Assembly: GCA_965215005.1 (NCBI GenBank) | Contig: CBDCCZ010000054.1 | Location: 256,001 to 320,000, forward strand | DNA: 64,000 nucleotides | Origin: Kofleriaceae bacterium | GTDB lineage: Bacteria > Myxococcota_A > Polyangia > Haliangiales > Haliangiaceae | Reading direction: 5' to 3' | Shown here: positions 10,061 through 20,886 of the stretch, piece by piece | Numbering within the stretch: position 1 is the stretch's first letter | Layout: the number at the start of each line of letters is the position of its first letter | Notes under the pieces: generated by a model | What the model was told of the DNA's origin: nothing | The model's input: only the letters and a program-made list of their open reading frames with translations | Databases searched by the model: none | Made by a program: the position numbers and the translations under genes

Positions 10061-12304
10061 ATGAGCTCATTTATGCCTACCAAGACTTCACGAATCATCC
10101 TGCTCCTCGCGGCGCTAGCGGCATGTGGGCCAAGCGGCAAGACCGAGACGATTCCTGCTCTGCCGAGCGATGGCGCGGCCACGGGTGACTCTGCCGCTGC
10201 AGCCGCGGCGAGCAATCCGTGGGCGGGCCGAGACGATCTAATCAAATCGCCGGCTCCGCAACCTCCTAGCGCGGTTGAGTTGCCTACTATCGCGCGGTTC
10301 AAACTCTCCAATGGGCTTCGAGTCATCGTGGTGGAAAGTGAGCGGCTACCGTTGGCGAGCGTGCAGCTGGCAATCGAAGCAGGTCGGCGCGACGTCGAGC
10401 TTGGAAAATCGGGGCTCGAAGACTTCGCCGCGCAGATGCTCACCAAAGGAACTCGCAAGCGAAAAGGCAGCGAGATCGCCGAAGCCATCGATTTCACCGG
10501 CGGGCGGCTCGGCGCCAGTGCGAGTCACGAAGCGACACTCGTGACGTGTGCGGCGATGAGCAAAGATCTAGATACGTGTCTCGAGCTGCTCACGGACGTG
10601 GTGATCAACCCGACCTTTCCGAAGGAAGAGCTCGAGCCGGTCCGAAAGCAGCTGCTTGCGGAGGTGCGGCAAAGCAAAGACGATGCGGGTCAACTCGCTA
10701 CCATCCATTTTCAGAATCTTCTTTGGGGCGATGAGCACATTCGCGGCTGGCCGGTCAGCGAGGCGTCGGTGGCGACTATCGCGCGAGAGGACCTCGTCAA
10801 GTGGCATTCTCGCTGGTTTAAGCCCAACAACGCGATCTTGGCCATCGCCGGCAACGTCGACGCAGCAAGCCTAAAGAAGCGCCTCGAGAGCTACTTTGGC
10901 CGCTGGAAGAAGGGCAGCATTCCGAAGCGCGGCGAGGGGCAGCCGCGTGCACTCGAGGCAGATCGAGTACGTGTGGTCGATAAGCCCGGTCAGACCCAAA
11001 GCCACATTCGCATTGGGCACTATGGAATTCCGCACAAGGACCCCACGTTTTACGACACGCTCGTGGTGAATCATGTCTTGGGCAATGGCGGGTTTTCTTC
11101 GCGGTTGATGCAGGTCATCCGCTCGCAAGCCGGCAAGACGTACGGCGCGAGCTCAACGTTTGACCGCAGTCTCGATCGCGGCGCCTTCATGGCGCAGACG
11201 TTCACGCGCACTGCCGAAACCGCCGTAACGATCGCCATGCTTCGCGCTGAGCTGGAAAAAATGGCTGCTGGAGGTCCGTCGGAGGCGGAGCTGCAGGATG
11301 CCATTACCAACATTACCGGCAGCTACGCCACGCGTTTCGAGTCTGCGGCCGATGTCGCAAGCGCGGTGCTAGCGGCGGAGCTGCACGGCTTTGATGAGTC
11401 GTACGTGCGCGACTTCGCACTGCGCATTGGCGAGGTGAGCCCCGCGTCTGCACAGAAGGCCGCGGCTGAGAATCTGGCCGCAGCGCCGGTGGCCATCGTC
11501 GTGGTTGGCGATGCCAGTCAGCTCGCTCCGCAGCTCGAGGCGGCGGGGCTCAACTTTGAGGTGGTGGGCCATCTCGAGCCGGTGGTCTCCGCCGAACGTG
11601 AGCCGGAGCTCACCGCTCTCGAGCCGAGCAAGGCAGCGCGAGTCGCCGGCGAGAAGCTACTGGCGCAGGCGATCGCAGCGAAAGGCGGGGCCAACAAACT
11701 GGCTAGCATCAAGTCTCTCGAGGTGAAGGCGCGCGGAACCATCTCAACGGGTAAGCAGGAGATCCCAGCGGAGCTGGTGCGGCGCTTTGCGGCGCCAGAC
11801 AAGCTGCGACTAGACGTGGTGATAGGCGGTGGCGCGGCTCGCATTACGACGGCCTACAATGGCTCGAGCGGCTGGATTCGGCATCCACAGCTGGGGCTGC
11901 AGGAGATTCCGGCCGATGAGCTCGTCGAGCTAGCCAACAATGTCTGGCGGGACCACGAGTTCATCTTGCTGCGGCCAAAGCGCGATAGAGCAATGGTCGC
12001 CAAGCTAGCCGATGAGATTATCAAAGGAGCGAGCTACGACGTGTTGGCAATCATCGAGAAGAACCGCTCCACCGCGGTGAAGCTCTATCTCGATAAACAG
12101 ACGCATCTCATCGCCCGCATGGACTACACCGCCCAAGGCCTGAAGGGTGGCGAGCTGTACACCGATTACCGCGAGGTCGAGGGGCTGCAAATTGCTCACG
12201 ATCGGCTGACCATCAATCCCGAGTCGGCGCTACGAGCCACGGTCACCGAGGTGAAGATCAACGGCTCGGTGGCGGCCGAAGTCTTCGAGAAGCCAAGGAG
12301 CTGA
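10061..12304 (+). CDS. M16 peptidase non-catalytic partner subunit, lipoprotein, with extra C-terminal beta-rich (LolA-like) domain
   Basis: LAAC lipobox; no HxxEH; LGNGGFSSRL...GKTYGA (R/Y pair); ~240 aa C-terminal extension (AKGGANKLASIKSL, LYLDKQTHLI, YTDYREVEGLQIAH). Confidence 0.88.
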   Translation: MSSFMPTKTSRIILLLAALAACGPSGKTETIPALPSDGAATGDSAAAAAASNPWAGRDDLIKSPAPQPPSAVELPTIARFKLSNGLRVIVVESERLPLASVQLAIEAGRRDVELGKSGLEDFAAQMLTKGTRKRKGSEIAEAIDFTGGRLGASASHEATLVTCAAMSKDLDTCLELLTDVVINPTFPKEELEPVRKQLLAEVRQSKDDAGQLATIHFQNLLWGDEHIRGWPVSEASVATIAREDLVKWHSRWFKPNNAILAIAGNVDAASLKKRLESYFGRWKKGSIPKRGEGQPRALEADRVRVVDKPGQTQSHIRIGHYGIPHKDPTFYDTLVVNHVLGNGGFSSRLMQVIRSQAGKTYGASSTFDRSLDRGAFMAQTFTRTAETAVTIAMLRAELEKMAAGGPSEAELQDAITNITGSYATRFESAADVASAVLAAELHGFDESYVRDFALRIGEVSPASAQKAAAENLAAAPVAIVVVGDASQLAPQLEAAGLNFEVVGHLEPVVSAEREPELTALEPSKAARVAGEKLLAQAIAAKGGANKLASIKSLEVKARGTISTGKQEIPAELVRRFAAPDKLRLDVVIGGGAARITTAYNGSSGWIRHPQLGLQEIPADELVELANNVWRDHEFILLRPKRDRAMVAKLADEIIKGASYDVLAIIEKNRSTAVKLYLDKQTHLIARMDYTAQGLKGGELYTDYREVEGLQIAHDRLTINPESALRATVTEVKINGSVAAEVFEKPRS

Positions 12305-12344
12305 GTGGCGAAACTCGCGCCGCGGATGCGCTATCATCCGCGCT

Positions 12345-13598
12345 GTGGCGAAGGCAGCGGAGCTCCTGGAGGTCGATGGCCGCGAGGTGCGGATCTCCAG
12401 CCCCACCAAGATCTACTTTCCTGAGCCGGGCTACACCAAGCTCGATGTCGTTCGGTACTATCTGGCGGTCCGCGAAGGCGCCTTGCGGGGGATCTTCGAC
12501 CGCCCTTTCGTCATGCGCCGCTACGTCGACGGTATCGCCGGCGAGGCGTTCTTTCAGAAGCGCGCGCCCAAGTCTCGCCCCGATTGGATCCGCACGGTTG
12601 AGCTGCGCTTTCCATCAGGCCGTACGGCTGACGAAATCGTGGTCACGGAAACCGCGCAGCTGATCTGGCTGGTCAACCTCGGCTGCCTCGACCTCAACCC
12701 GCATGCGGTGCGAACCGCCGACATGGAGCATCCCGACGAGCTTCGCGTCGATCTCGATCCCACGCCGGGAGTCGAGTGGCCGCAGCTCCGCGAGGTTGCG
12801 TTGGTGGTTCGCGAGGTGCTTTCGGAGCATGGCCTGGTGGGATGGCCCAAAACCTCAGGTTCGCGCGGTATTCACGTCTACGCGCGGATTGCGCCGCAGT
12901 GGGGGTTTGACGAGGTCCGGCGTGCTGCGTTGGCCTTGGCGCGCGAGGTCGAGCGACGCGTGCCGGCGCTGGCCACCAGCGCGTGGTGGAAGGAAGAGCG
13001 TCATGGCGTGTTCCTCGACTACAACCAGAACGCCAAGGACCGCACCGTCGCCTCGGCGTATTCGGTGCGTGCCGTGGCCGACGCACGGGTTTCGGCGCCG
13101 CTAACGTGGGACGAGGTGCCAGACTGCGAGCCGGGAGATTTCACCATTACGACCATGCCCGCGCGCTATGGCCGACTGGGCGAGGTCCACGCGGGCATCG
13201 ATGCGCCAGCGGCAGTGGGGTCGCTCGAGCCGCTCTTAGAGCGGTCTCGTCGCCATGAAGCGGAAGGCCTGGGCGATGCGCCGTGGCCTCCGCACTATAA
13301 GAAGCAACGCGGTGAGCCGCGTCGAGTGCAGCCGTCGAAAGCCAAGGGACGGCAGTCGAAGATGCCACTCATCACCGTGGCCAAAGCGGCGAAGAAGGAA
13401 GACGCGCTGGCTGGCCTGGAGCGATGGAAGTCGCGTCACCCCGCCGCTGCCGAACACGTCGCCGTGGAAGACGTGCTCGTGGATGCAATGCGTGGCAGGT
13501 CCTCCACGTGGACGCGCGTGCGGGTAAATTTGCGCCACGTACCCGAGACCGCTCGGCCTGCAGAAGAGCCGCCGGATCCTGACTACGAGCCGTCGTAG
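12345..13598 (+). CDS. Stand-alone LigD-type primase-polymerase (Prim-PolC/PolD1-like)
   Basis: FFQKRAP, PDELRVDLDP, KTSGSRGIH, DYNQNAKDRTVASAYSVR. Confidence 0.92.
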   Translation: MAKAAELLEVDGREVRISSPTKIYFPEPGYTKLDVVRYYLAVREGALRGIFDRPFVMRRYVDGIAGEAFFQKRAPKSRPDWIRTVELRFPSGRTADEIVVTETAQLIWLVNLGCLDLNPHAVRTADMEHPDELRVDLDPTPGVEWPQLREVALVVREVLSEHGLVGWPKTSGSRGIHVYARIAPQWGFDEVRRAALALAREVERRVPALATSAWWKEERHGVFLDYNQNAKDRTVASAYSVRAVADARVSAPLTWDEVPDCEPGDFTITTMPARYGRLGEVHAGIDAPAAVGSLEPLLERSRRHEAEGLGDAPWPPHYKKQRGEPRRVQPSKAKGRQSKMPLITVAKAAKKEDALAGLERWKSRHPAAAEHVAVEDVLVDAMRGRSSTWTRVRVNLRHVPETARPAEEPPDPDYEPS

Positions 13599-13743
13599 GC
13601 AGCCGAATATCTGGCTCGCGTCACGCGGCCGCTACCTATTGAAGAGCTTCGCTAAGGCCCTCGGTCGCGCGTTTCCCTCGCTCAAGGATGATACTCTCGG
13701 GTCATTACCAGGCACCGAGAGTGCCTCAATGAGAGAGGGGATC

Positions 13744-14218
13744 ATGAAGCAGATCGTTATCATCGGACTGTTCTTCGCGGCGGTCTCCGCCTTCAGCGCT
13801 AGCGAGGCGGCAGCTCAGACCGGCGTTGGCGTGGGCGTCGACGCGTTTTCTCACCGGACCGGTGGGCCCGAGCGTCACCTATGACGCGGATACGTTTCGG
13901 GTGGGCGGCATGTTCGCCTTCTCGGACGACCCAACGCAGTTCTTCCTCGGCGGTCGCGCGGCGTTCGTCGTGCACGAAGGCGACCGCTCCGACTTCGCCA
14001 TCGGCGCCGGCCTGGGAATTTTCAATCAGGACAATGACCCCGTCGACGATGAAACCAACTTCCATCTCGATGCTTTCGGGCAGCTGCGGGCGTTTCTAAC
14101 CAGCAACGTGGCGTTGAACGCGAGCCTGGGCTTAGCGGTGATCGCAGGCGACGCCGATACAGTCGACATAACCGGCGACCTCGTGGGTATCGCCGGCATT
14201 CACTACTACTTCTATTGA
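13744..14218 (+). CDS. Small outer-membrane beta-barrel protein (one frameshift at T-run 13846-13849)
   Basis: Signal peptide MKQIVIIGLFFAAVSAFSASEAAA joins LTGPVGPSVTY... if one T is removed; ends with the aromatic barrel signal GIHYYFY. Confidence 0.75.
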
Positions 14219-14234
14219 CCATCTCTTAGAGTGG

Positions 14235-14266
14235 GAGTGGCTCGCGGCTTACTCCGTGAGCCACTC
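14235..14266. terminator. 13-bp hairpin between convergent genes (REP-like or terminator)
   Basis: GAGTGGCTCGCGG-cttact-CCGTGAGCCACTC. Confidence 0.6.
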
Positions 14267-14323
14267 GCTTCTCGCGGCCGCTTCTCGGGTCTTCCCTCGA
14301 GCTTTACGAGTGTTCACGACCCG

Positions 14324-15406
14324 CTAGGCGCGGAAAATCTGCTGCAACTCGTAAGGCGGGGTGACCTCGAGCTGCGCATAGGTGCACTCGGCGGCGGGCT
14401 TGTCGGGCCGCCAACGCACGAAATGGGCGGTGTGACGAAAGCGATCGCCCTGCATATGGTCGTAGGAGACCTCCACGACGAGCTGTGGACGCAGCGGCAC
14501 CCAGCTCAAGTCTTTGCCGCGGTTCCAGCGGCTGCTGGCGCCTGGCATTCGTTGGCCGGTTTCGTCCGTTTGCGCCCATGAAGCCCACGGGTGATCGGCC
14601 ATGGGGTCTTGCCGGTACGGGGCCAGCTCAACCGTGAGCGCACGCCTCTTGGCTGCGGCGAAACTCGCTGCCACGCCCGCATGGTGCAGAGTTCCGTCTG
14701 CATCGTAAAGACCAAGGAGCAAGGAGCCCACGAGCTCGCCCTCGCCGTCTTTGTGCCAGCGGAATCCAGCGACCACGCAGGCGGCAGTGCGCTGGTGCTT
14801 GACCTTGAGCATCGTGCGCTTGCCAGGCTCGTAGCGCGCATCGTCGGCTTTAGCGATGACACCGTCGAGTCCTGCCCCTTCGAAGCGCTCGAACCAATCG
14901 GTCGCAACTCCGCGGTCGCGCGTTGCTGGGGTTAGGTGAATAGGTGGCCTGGCGGCGTGCAGCGCGTCTTCGAGGAGCCGTCGGCGATCGCGGAACGGCC
15001 GCTGCGACAGATCTTGCTCGCCAAGGCACAACAGATCGAAAGCGACGAACGAGGCAGGTGTTTCTTCGGCGAGTTTTGCCACTCGCGACGCAGCGGGATG
15101 GATGCGCAACAGCAGCGCATCGAAATCGAGGTTGCCCCCGGTCGCGATGACGATCTCACCATCGACCACACAACGAGGCGGAAGATTCCGCAGTAGCGGT
15201 GCCTCGAGCTCGGGGAAATAGCGATTCATCTGCTTGAGATCTCGACTCTGAATGTAAACTTCGTCACCGTCGCGAAACACGATTGCGCGGAAGCCGTCCC
15301 ATTTGGGCTCATAGATCCAGGTGTCGCCTTTGGGCAAGGCGCCAGCGCGCTTCGCGAGCATCGGTTTTACAGGCGGCACGACCGGCGACGACATGCGCAC
15401 CATCAT
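14324..15406 (-). CDS. ligC: ATP-dependent DNA ligase LigC type
   Basis: PMLAK, YEPKWDGFR (motif I), DGEIV, FDLL, LDGVIAK, LRPQLVVEVSYD, RWRPDK. Confidence 0.9.
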   Translation of the reverse strand: MMVRMSSPVVPPVKPMLAKRAGALPKGDTWIYEPKWDGFRAIVFRDGDEVYIQSRDLKQMNRYFPELEAPLLRNLPPRCVVDGEIVIATGGNLDFDALLLRIHPAASRVAKLAEETPASFVAFDLLCLGEQDLSQRPFRDRRRLLEDALHAARPPIHLTPATRDRGVATDWFERFEGAGLDGVIAKADDARYEPGKRTMLKVKHQRTAACVVAGFRWHKDGEGELVGSLLLGLYDADGTLHHAGVAASFAAAKRRALTVELAPYRQDPMADHPWASWAQTDETGQRMPGASSRWNRGKDLSWVPLRPQLVVEVSYDHMQGDRFRHTAHFVRWRPDKPAAECTYAQLEVTPPYELQQIFRA

Positions 15407-15481
15407 GGCGCATTCAGCGACTGTCGCCTACATCATAGACGGTAGGATCGGCGCCGGGGGGACTGGTAACATCACCCTTGG

Positions 15482-16993
15482 ATGGCAGCCCAGGACAGGT
15501 TCGACAACAGAGATGCTAGCGGCACCGACTGGAGTGATCGCGTTGGAATCGTGATCGACAAGCGCTATCGCATCACCGGCGTCTTGGGCCGTGGCGGCAT
15601 GGGCAGCGTGTATCGCGCCGAGCACGTTCACCTCAAGCGTTTGGTCGCACTCAAGCTGCTGCATGGCGCTCTTGGCAAGGTTCCCGAGATTCGCGCTCGC
15701 TTCGAACGAGAGGCGTTTGCGGCGGGTCGAATCGCTCACCCAAACTGCATCACTGCTTCGGATTTTGGTGAGCTCGACGATGGCTCGCTCTACATGGTGA
15801 TGGAGCTCGCTGACGGTGAGTCGCTGGGCAACCTCATCGACCGTGAGGGCCGCATGCCGCCGCTGCGCGCGCTACGCATCATTCGCCACGTGCTTTGCGG
15901 ACTCAGTCACGCCCACGGGTATGGCGTGGTTCATCGCGATATCAAACCCGACAACATCATCGTCGGACCGCGAGATGGCGATCCCGATTATGCACGGCTG
16001 CTCGACTTCGGTATCGCCAAGCTCCTCGGACAGGCGGAGGCCGAAGAAGGTGGCGAACGTTTGACGCAGGCTGGCGTTACGTTTGGAACGCCGGTGTACA
16101 TGTCGCCCGAGCAGGCGTTTGGTTCCGCGATAGATCCGCGCTCTGATCTCTATTCGCTCACGGTGGTGCTCTACGAGCTTCTCACCGGCAGGCCGCCGTT
16201 CGTCGCTGCGGATCATATCGCGGTGCTCAGCATGCATGCTTCGAAGCGGGTGCCGCCGCTGGCGTCGCGGGTGACGGAGGGGCGGTTTCCGCCAGCGCTC
16301 GAGGCGTTGATCCAACGGGGGCTGGCAAAGTCGCCAGAAAAGCGATTCGCTGACGCTGCAGCGTATATCGCGGCGATTGACGGCGCGGGCGAGGCGCTTG
16401 CGGTCGAAGAAGCGATGACCATGGGGCAGCTGTCTTTGCCCGCCTCCAGCGCTGTTCGACATGGTTGGTCGGCCACGCCAACGGGCATAGGAACGGCGGT
16501 GACCGGACCGTATGCGCCAGTCGGCCCGCGATGGACGGCGCGACGATGGGCGGCAGTCGCAAGCGGTGTTGGCTTGGTGCTGCTTATCGCGTTTGCCGCC
16601 ATCAGCGCGGAGCGCGACAGCACTGCTGCGGTGGCGAAAGCACCGGCGCGGCCGACGCCGAAGCAATCGCTTGCGGCCAAGGAGGTGCGCCCGTCGCAAG
16701 AGAGCGTGCCGTCGTTGCAGCCGTTGGCGCTAGAGGTGGCGCCGCCCGCTTCAGTGCGCGATGCCGAGCTGCGCGAGCTGATAGCCGCGCTGGAAGAAGG
16801 TCGGCGGTGCAAAGAGCGGCGTGCGGCGGTCGATAAGCTAGTGGCGCTGGGGGATGTGCGCGCGGTGCCAGCATTGAAGAAAGCGCGCTATCGCAAGGTG
16901 CGTGGCGGCTTTCTCGGGCTCGAGTCGCGCAACGCAAATGGCTGCTTGCGGCGCGCGGCAGACGCAGCCATCGCCGCACTCGAAGGTGGCTGA
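15482..16993 (+). CDS. Membrane-anchored Hanks-type Ser/Thr protein kinase
   Basis: LGRGGMGSVY, VALK, HRDIKPDN, DFG, GTPVYMSPEQ; TM segment, then C-terminal Cys-containing HEAT-like domain. Confidence 0.95.
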   Translation: MAAQDRFDNRDASGTDWSDRVGIVIDKRYRITGVLGRGGMGSVYRAEHVHLKRLVALKLLHGALGKVPEIRARFEREAFAAGRIAHPNCITASDFGELDDGSLYMVMELADGESLGNLIDREGRMPPLRALRIIRHVLCGLSHAHGYGVVHRDIKPDNIIVGPRDGDPDYARLLDFGIAKLLGQAEAEEGGERLTQAGVTFGTPVYMSPEQAFGSAIDPRSDLYSLTVVLYELLTGRPPFVAADHIAVLSMHASKRVPPLASRVTEGRFPPALEALIQRGLAKSPEKRFADAAAYIAAIDGAGEALAVEEAMTMGQLSLPASSAVRHGWSATPTGIGTAVTGPYAPVGPRWTARRWAAVASGVGLVLLIAFAAISAERDSTAAVAKAPARPTPKQSLAAKEVRPSQESVPSLQPLALEVAPPASVRDAELRELIAALEEGRRCKERRAAVDKLVALGDVRAVPALKKARYRKVRGGFLGLESRNANGCLRRAADAAIAALEGG

Positions 16994-17031
16994 GTAGAGC
17001 GGGGAGAAACTCGTATGCATCAAGCGGCGCA

Positions 17032-18357
17032 CTAGCGGCGCCAGGACGGCGCGCTGTGCAGATCCGGCGTTAGCTTCTGCGCGGCGAGCCACGGCTTGAT
17101 ACGGCGGAACGCCTCTTCGATGGCCTCCATGGAAGCGGCAAAGCTGATGCGAATGGCGTTGGGTGTGCTTTCGCCAAAGGCATCGCCCGGCACGACGCAC
17201 ACGCCGGTTTCCTGCAGCATGCGCATCGCGAGGTGTGAGCCATCGGTGTGCGGCGGCAGCGAGGGAAAGATGTAGAAGCCGCCCTGCGGCCAGTACCCAC
17301 TGAGCTGCGGGCACTCGCTCACGAGCTGCACCACGCGATCCCGGCGCCGCGCGTATTCCGTCGTCATGACGTCGACGCAGGAGCGATCGCCCTCGAGGGC
17401 CGCTACCCCAGCCCATTGGGCGGGCGTGTTAGCGACCGAGGTGGTGAACATGTGCAGTCGGCGAAGCCTGCGAATGGCGCCCATGCTGGAGATAACCCAG
17501 CCAATGCGCAGGCCTGGCATCGCGAAGGTCTTTGAAAAGCTGGATACGATGAAGACGTGATCGAGGTCTGCAGCGTACTGCAGCACGCTTGGGTATTCGA
17601 TTTCGTCGAGGATGAGATGGTCGTAGACCTCATCGCTAAAGACCTTCACGCCGCGATACGCCGCCTCTTGTACGATGGCGTTGATGGTCTCTTTGGGATA
17701 GACGGTGCCGGTCGGATTGCTCGGCGAGTTGAGGATGATTCCCGCGGTGCGCGCGCCAATCTTGTTGATGACCTCTTGTGGGTCGATCTGATGGCCGTGC
17801 TCGGCACGCGTGGATATTAACTTGACCTCACCGCCAAACATGCGAATGAGCGGCGCGTACAGCAAGAACGACGGGTCTGGGACCAAGAACTGCTTGCCCG
17901 GCGTGACCGTGGCGGCCAACGCCAGATACATGGCCTCGGTTGCTCCCGAGGTAATGAGAACGTTGTCCTCGCTGAGCGGTCGCTGATAGCGCTCGCCATA
18001 GTATTTCGCCACTGCAGCGAGGAGGTCGGGCAGCCCTTGGTCCATCGTGTAGGCGGTGCGGCCTTCTTGCAGCGCCTTGATATGCGCCTCGATGATGTGT
18101 GGCGGCGTCGGGAAATCTGGCTGGCCGATGGAGAGGTGGATGACATCTTTCATGCCAGCAGCAACGGTGATCATCCGGCGAATTCCAGACATTGGAATTG
18201 CCTGCAGCGCCGGGCTCCACGTCGATTCGGGTTGAGCGATTTCGCCGTCGCTATCATCAGGTTTGGATGCTTTTACCTGGAGATCTTCGCTATCCGCCGC
18301 GACCTCCGTGATCGAGTCATTCTTCGCTGCTTTGCTGCCGATACCGATCTCCGCCAT
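17032..18357 (-). CDS. Class I/II PLP aminotransferase (aspartate aminotransferase-like)
   Basis: IGQPDFPTP, NSPSNPTG, DEVY, SFSKTFAMPGLRIG, RISFA. Confidence 0.93.
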   Translation of the reverse strand: MAEIGIGSKAAKNDSITEVAADSEDLQVKASKPDDSDGEIAQPESTWSPALQAIPMSGIRRMITVAAGMKDVIHLSIGQPDFPTPPHIIEAHIKALQEGRTAYTMDQGLPDLLAAVAKYYGERYQRPLSEDNVLITSGATEAMYLALAATVTPGKQFLVPDPSFLLYAPLIRMFGGEVKLISTRAEHGHQIDPQEVINKIGARTAGIILNSPSNPTGTVYPKETINAIVQEAAYRGVKVFSDEVYDHLILDEIEYPSVLQYAADLDHVFIVSSFSKTFAMPGLRIGWVISSMGAIRRLRRLHMFTTSVANTPAQWAGVAALEGDRSCVDVMTTEYARRRDRVVQLVSECPQLSGYWPQGGFYIFPSLPPHTDGSHLAMRMLQETGVCVVPGDAFGESTPNAIRISFAASMEAIEEAFRRIKPWLAAQKLTPDLHSAPSWRR

Positions 18358-18455
18358 GCGATCAGACTACGCCGCAGGAGCACGCGGATCAACGTGCGAG
18401 GTTTGACGGCTGCAGCGCGGCCCGATAACGTCACCGTTCGAACGCGAGGTTCTAA

Positions 18456-19458
18456 GTGAGTGCACAAGCGATACATTTGCCGGTGGTGGCGGTACTCGAT
18501 GCCGAGCATGCTCCGCCATGGCCGGGTCTCGAGCCGCTCGCGGAACACGCTGAGGTGGTGCATTGCGCGGATGCCGGTGCGCTCGAGGAGGTCATGCAGC
18601 GCGCTGAGGTGCTGCTCGTTACCGACTTCCGCGCCACCATCAATTAAAACTGCCTGGCCCGATGCGAAGCGACTGTCGTGGGTGCACGCCACGAGCGCCG
18701 GCGTCGACATGTTGATGTTTCCCGAGCTGGTCGCGAGCGCCATTCCCGTGACCAACGCACGCGGCGTTTTCGACCGCACCATCGCGGAATACGTGCTTGG
18801 AATCGTGGCTGCGTTCGCGAAGGACTTTTGGCGAACACGCGCGCTGCAGCAACAGCAGCGTTGGCAGCATCGCGATACCGAACGCATCGCGGGGGCCCGC
18901 ATGCTGGTGGTCGGTGCCGGCTCGATCGGACGCGAGATAGCGCGACTAGCGCGCGCGGTAGGAATGCAGGTGAGCGGCCTGGCTAGACAGGCGCGAGATG
19001 ACGATCCCGTGTTCGGCGAGGTATACGCGGCCGAGGAGCTGGCGCGGGTGCTGCCGCTTGCTGACTACGTCGTGATTGCCGCGCCGCTCACCGAGGCTAC
19101 GCGCCACCTTTTCGATGCGGCTGCGCTTGCTCTCATGAAGCCAACGGCGCGTCTGATCAATATCGGTCGCGGCCCCATCGTCGACACCGATGCGTTGGTG
19201 GCGGCGCTACGCGCAAATCGCCTCGCCGGCGCTGCCCTCGATGTGTTCGAAGAAGAGCCATTGCCGGCAAGCCATCCGCTTTGGGCGATGGAGCAGGTGC
19301 TGATCTCACCGCACATGGCTGGCGACTTTGCCGGCTGGCGCGAGGCGCTCAGCGCGCAATTTATCGCTAATTTTCATCGGTGGCGTGCGGGCCAGCCGCT
19401 CGTCAACCTCGTTGACAAACGCCGCGGCTACGCCGGGCCAGCTAAGGAGAGTGCATGA
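18456..19458 (+). CDS. D-2-hydroxyacid dehydrogenase (one frameshift near 18642)
   Basis: The 18456 ORF joins the 18460 frame (TIIKTAWP) if one A is removed; SAGVD, GAGSIG, NIGRG, LDVFEEEPL, SPHMAG. Confidence 0.9.
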
Positions 19459-20886
19459 CTGCCTCGTCTGCCATTGCCGAGCTCACTGCTGCTGAGCTCC
19501 TCGAGCTCTATCAGACCAAGAAGCTATCGCCGGTGGAGGCAGCGAAGGCGTGCCTTGCGCGGGTCCGCGCGCACAACGACGCGGTGAACGCCTACCGCTT
19601 CGTGGACGAGGACACGACGCTGCGACTCGCTAGCGAATCCGAGGCTCGCTACCTTGCCGGCGAGCCGCGCGGCAGTCTCGACGGCGTGCCGGTGGCGGTT
19701 AAAGATGTTTTTCTCATCAAGGGGTGGCCAACGATCAAGGGCTCGCACGCGATCGCCCGCGATCAACCTTGGGATATCGACGCGCCGGCCATCGCCGCGC
19801 TTCGTCGCAACGGGTTTGTTCCCCTGGGCATGACCACCACGCCGGAGTTTGGTTGGAAGGGCGTTACCGACAATCCGGTGGACGGTGTCACTCGCAATCC
19901 GTGGGATCCCAGTAAGACTGCGGGTGGCTCGAGCGGCGGCAGCGCGGCGGCAGTGCCGCTCGGCATGGGGCCTTTGGCGCTCGGCACGGATGCTGGTGGA
20001 TCGATTCGTATACCCGCGGGATTTTGCGGCATCGTTGGCCATAAGCCCACGATGGGCCGAGCGCCGATGTGGCCGCCGAGCGCGTTCGCCCCGCTCGCTC
20101 ACGTGGGTCCGATGACGTGGACGGTGCAAGATGCGGCGCTGCTGCTCGATGTGTTGACCGAGCCTGATTCCCGCGATGCCACTCTGCCTGCCAATCATAG
20201 CCGATTCAAAGATTCACTCGAGGGTGGCATCAAGGGCCTGCGCATCGCGTTCAGCCCCGCGTCTGGGCTACGTGGACATCGTCGAGCCGGAGATCGCTGA
20301 GGCAGTGGCCAGCGCCGCAAGAGTGTTTGAAACGCTAGGGGCGCGTGTCGAGGAAGTCGACCCTGGCTTCTCCGATCCACTCGAGATGTTTGACCGCATG
20401 TTCTATGGCGGCGCCGCAAACGCTCTGCGGGATCTGTCAGACGAACAGAAGTCCAAGATGGATCCGAACTTGGTGTTGGTCGCACGCGAAGCTTCCAAGC
20501 TGACGATGCTCGAGTACCTCGAGGCCAGCAATCTGCGTCTACGGCTGATCGAGCGCATGAGCCTCTTCCATACCCATTACGACTTGTTGCTCACGCCTTC
20601 GCTGCCTATCGTGGCATTCGAGGCCGGGCGCGAGGTGCCTGCCGGCTGGCACAGCCCCCGCTGGCCCACGTGGACGCCATTTACCTATCCATTCAATCTG
20701 ACCGGGCAGCCGGCGTGTTCCGTGCCTTGCGGCTTTACCTCAAACAAACTGCCGATCGGCCTGCAGCTGGTGGGAGCCGCGCACGCCGACGACGTCGTGT
20801 TGCGCGCCGCGCACGCCTATCAGATCACTCGCCCCTTGACGGATCGTCGCCCAACGCTGCACGAAGCGGCGCAAGGAACAACATGA
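19455..20886 (+). CDS. Amidase (amidase-signature family; one frameshift at C-run 20255-20258)
   Basis: GVPVAVKD, GGSSGGS, GTDAGGSIRIPA; removing one C gives RIAFSPRLGYVD; C-terminal PFNLTGQPA, LPIGLQLVG; ATGA overlaps at both ends. Confidence 0.92.
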
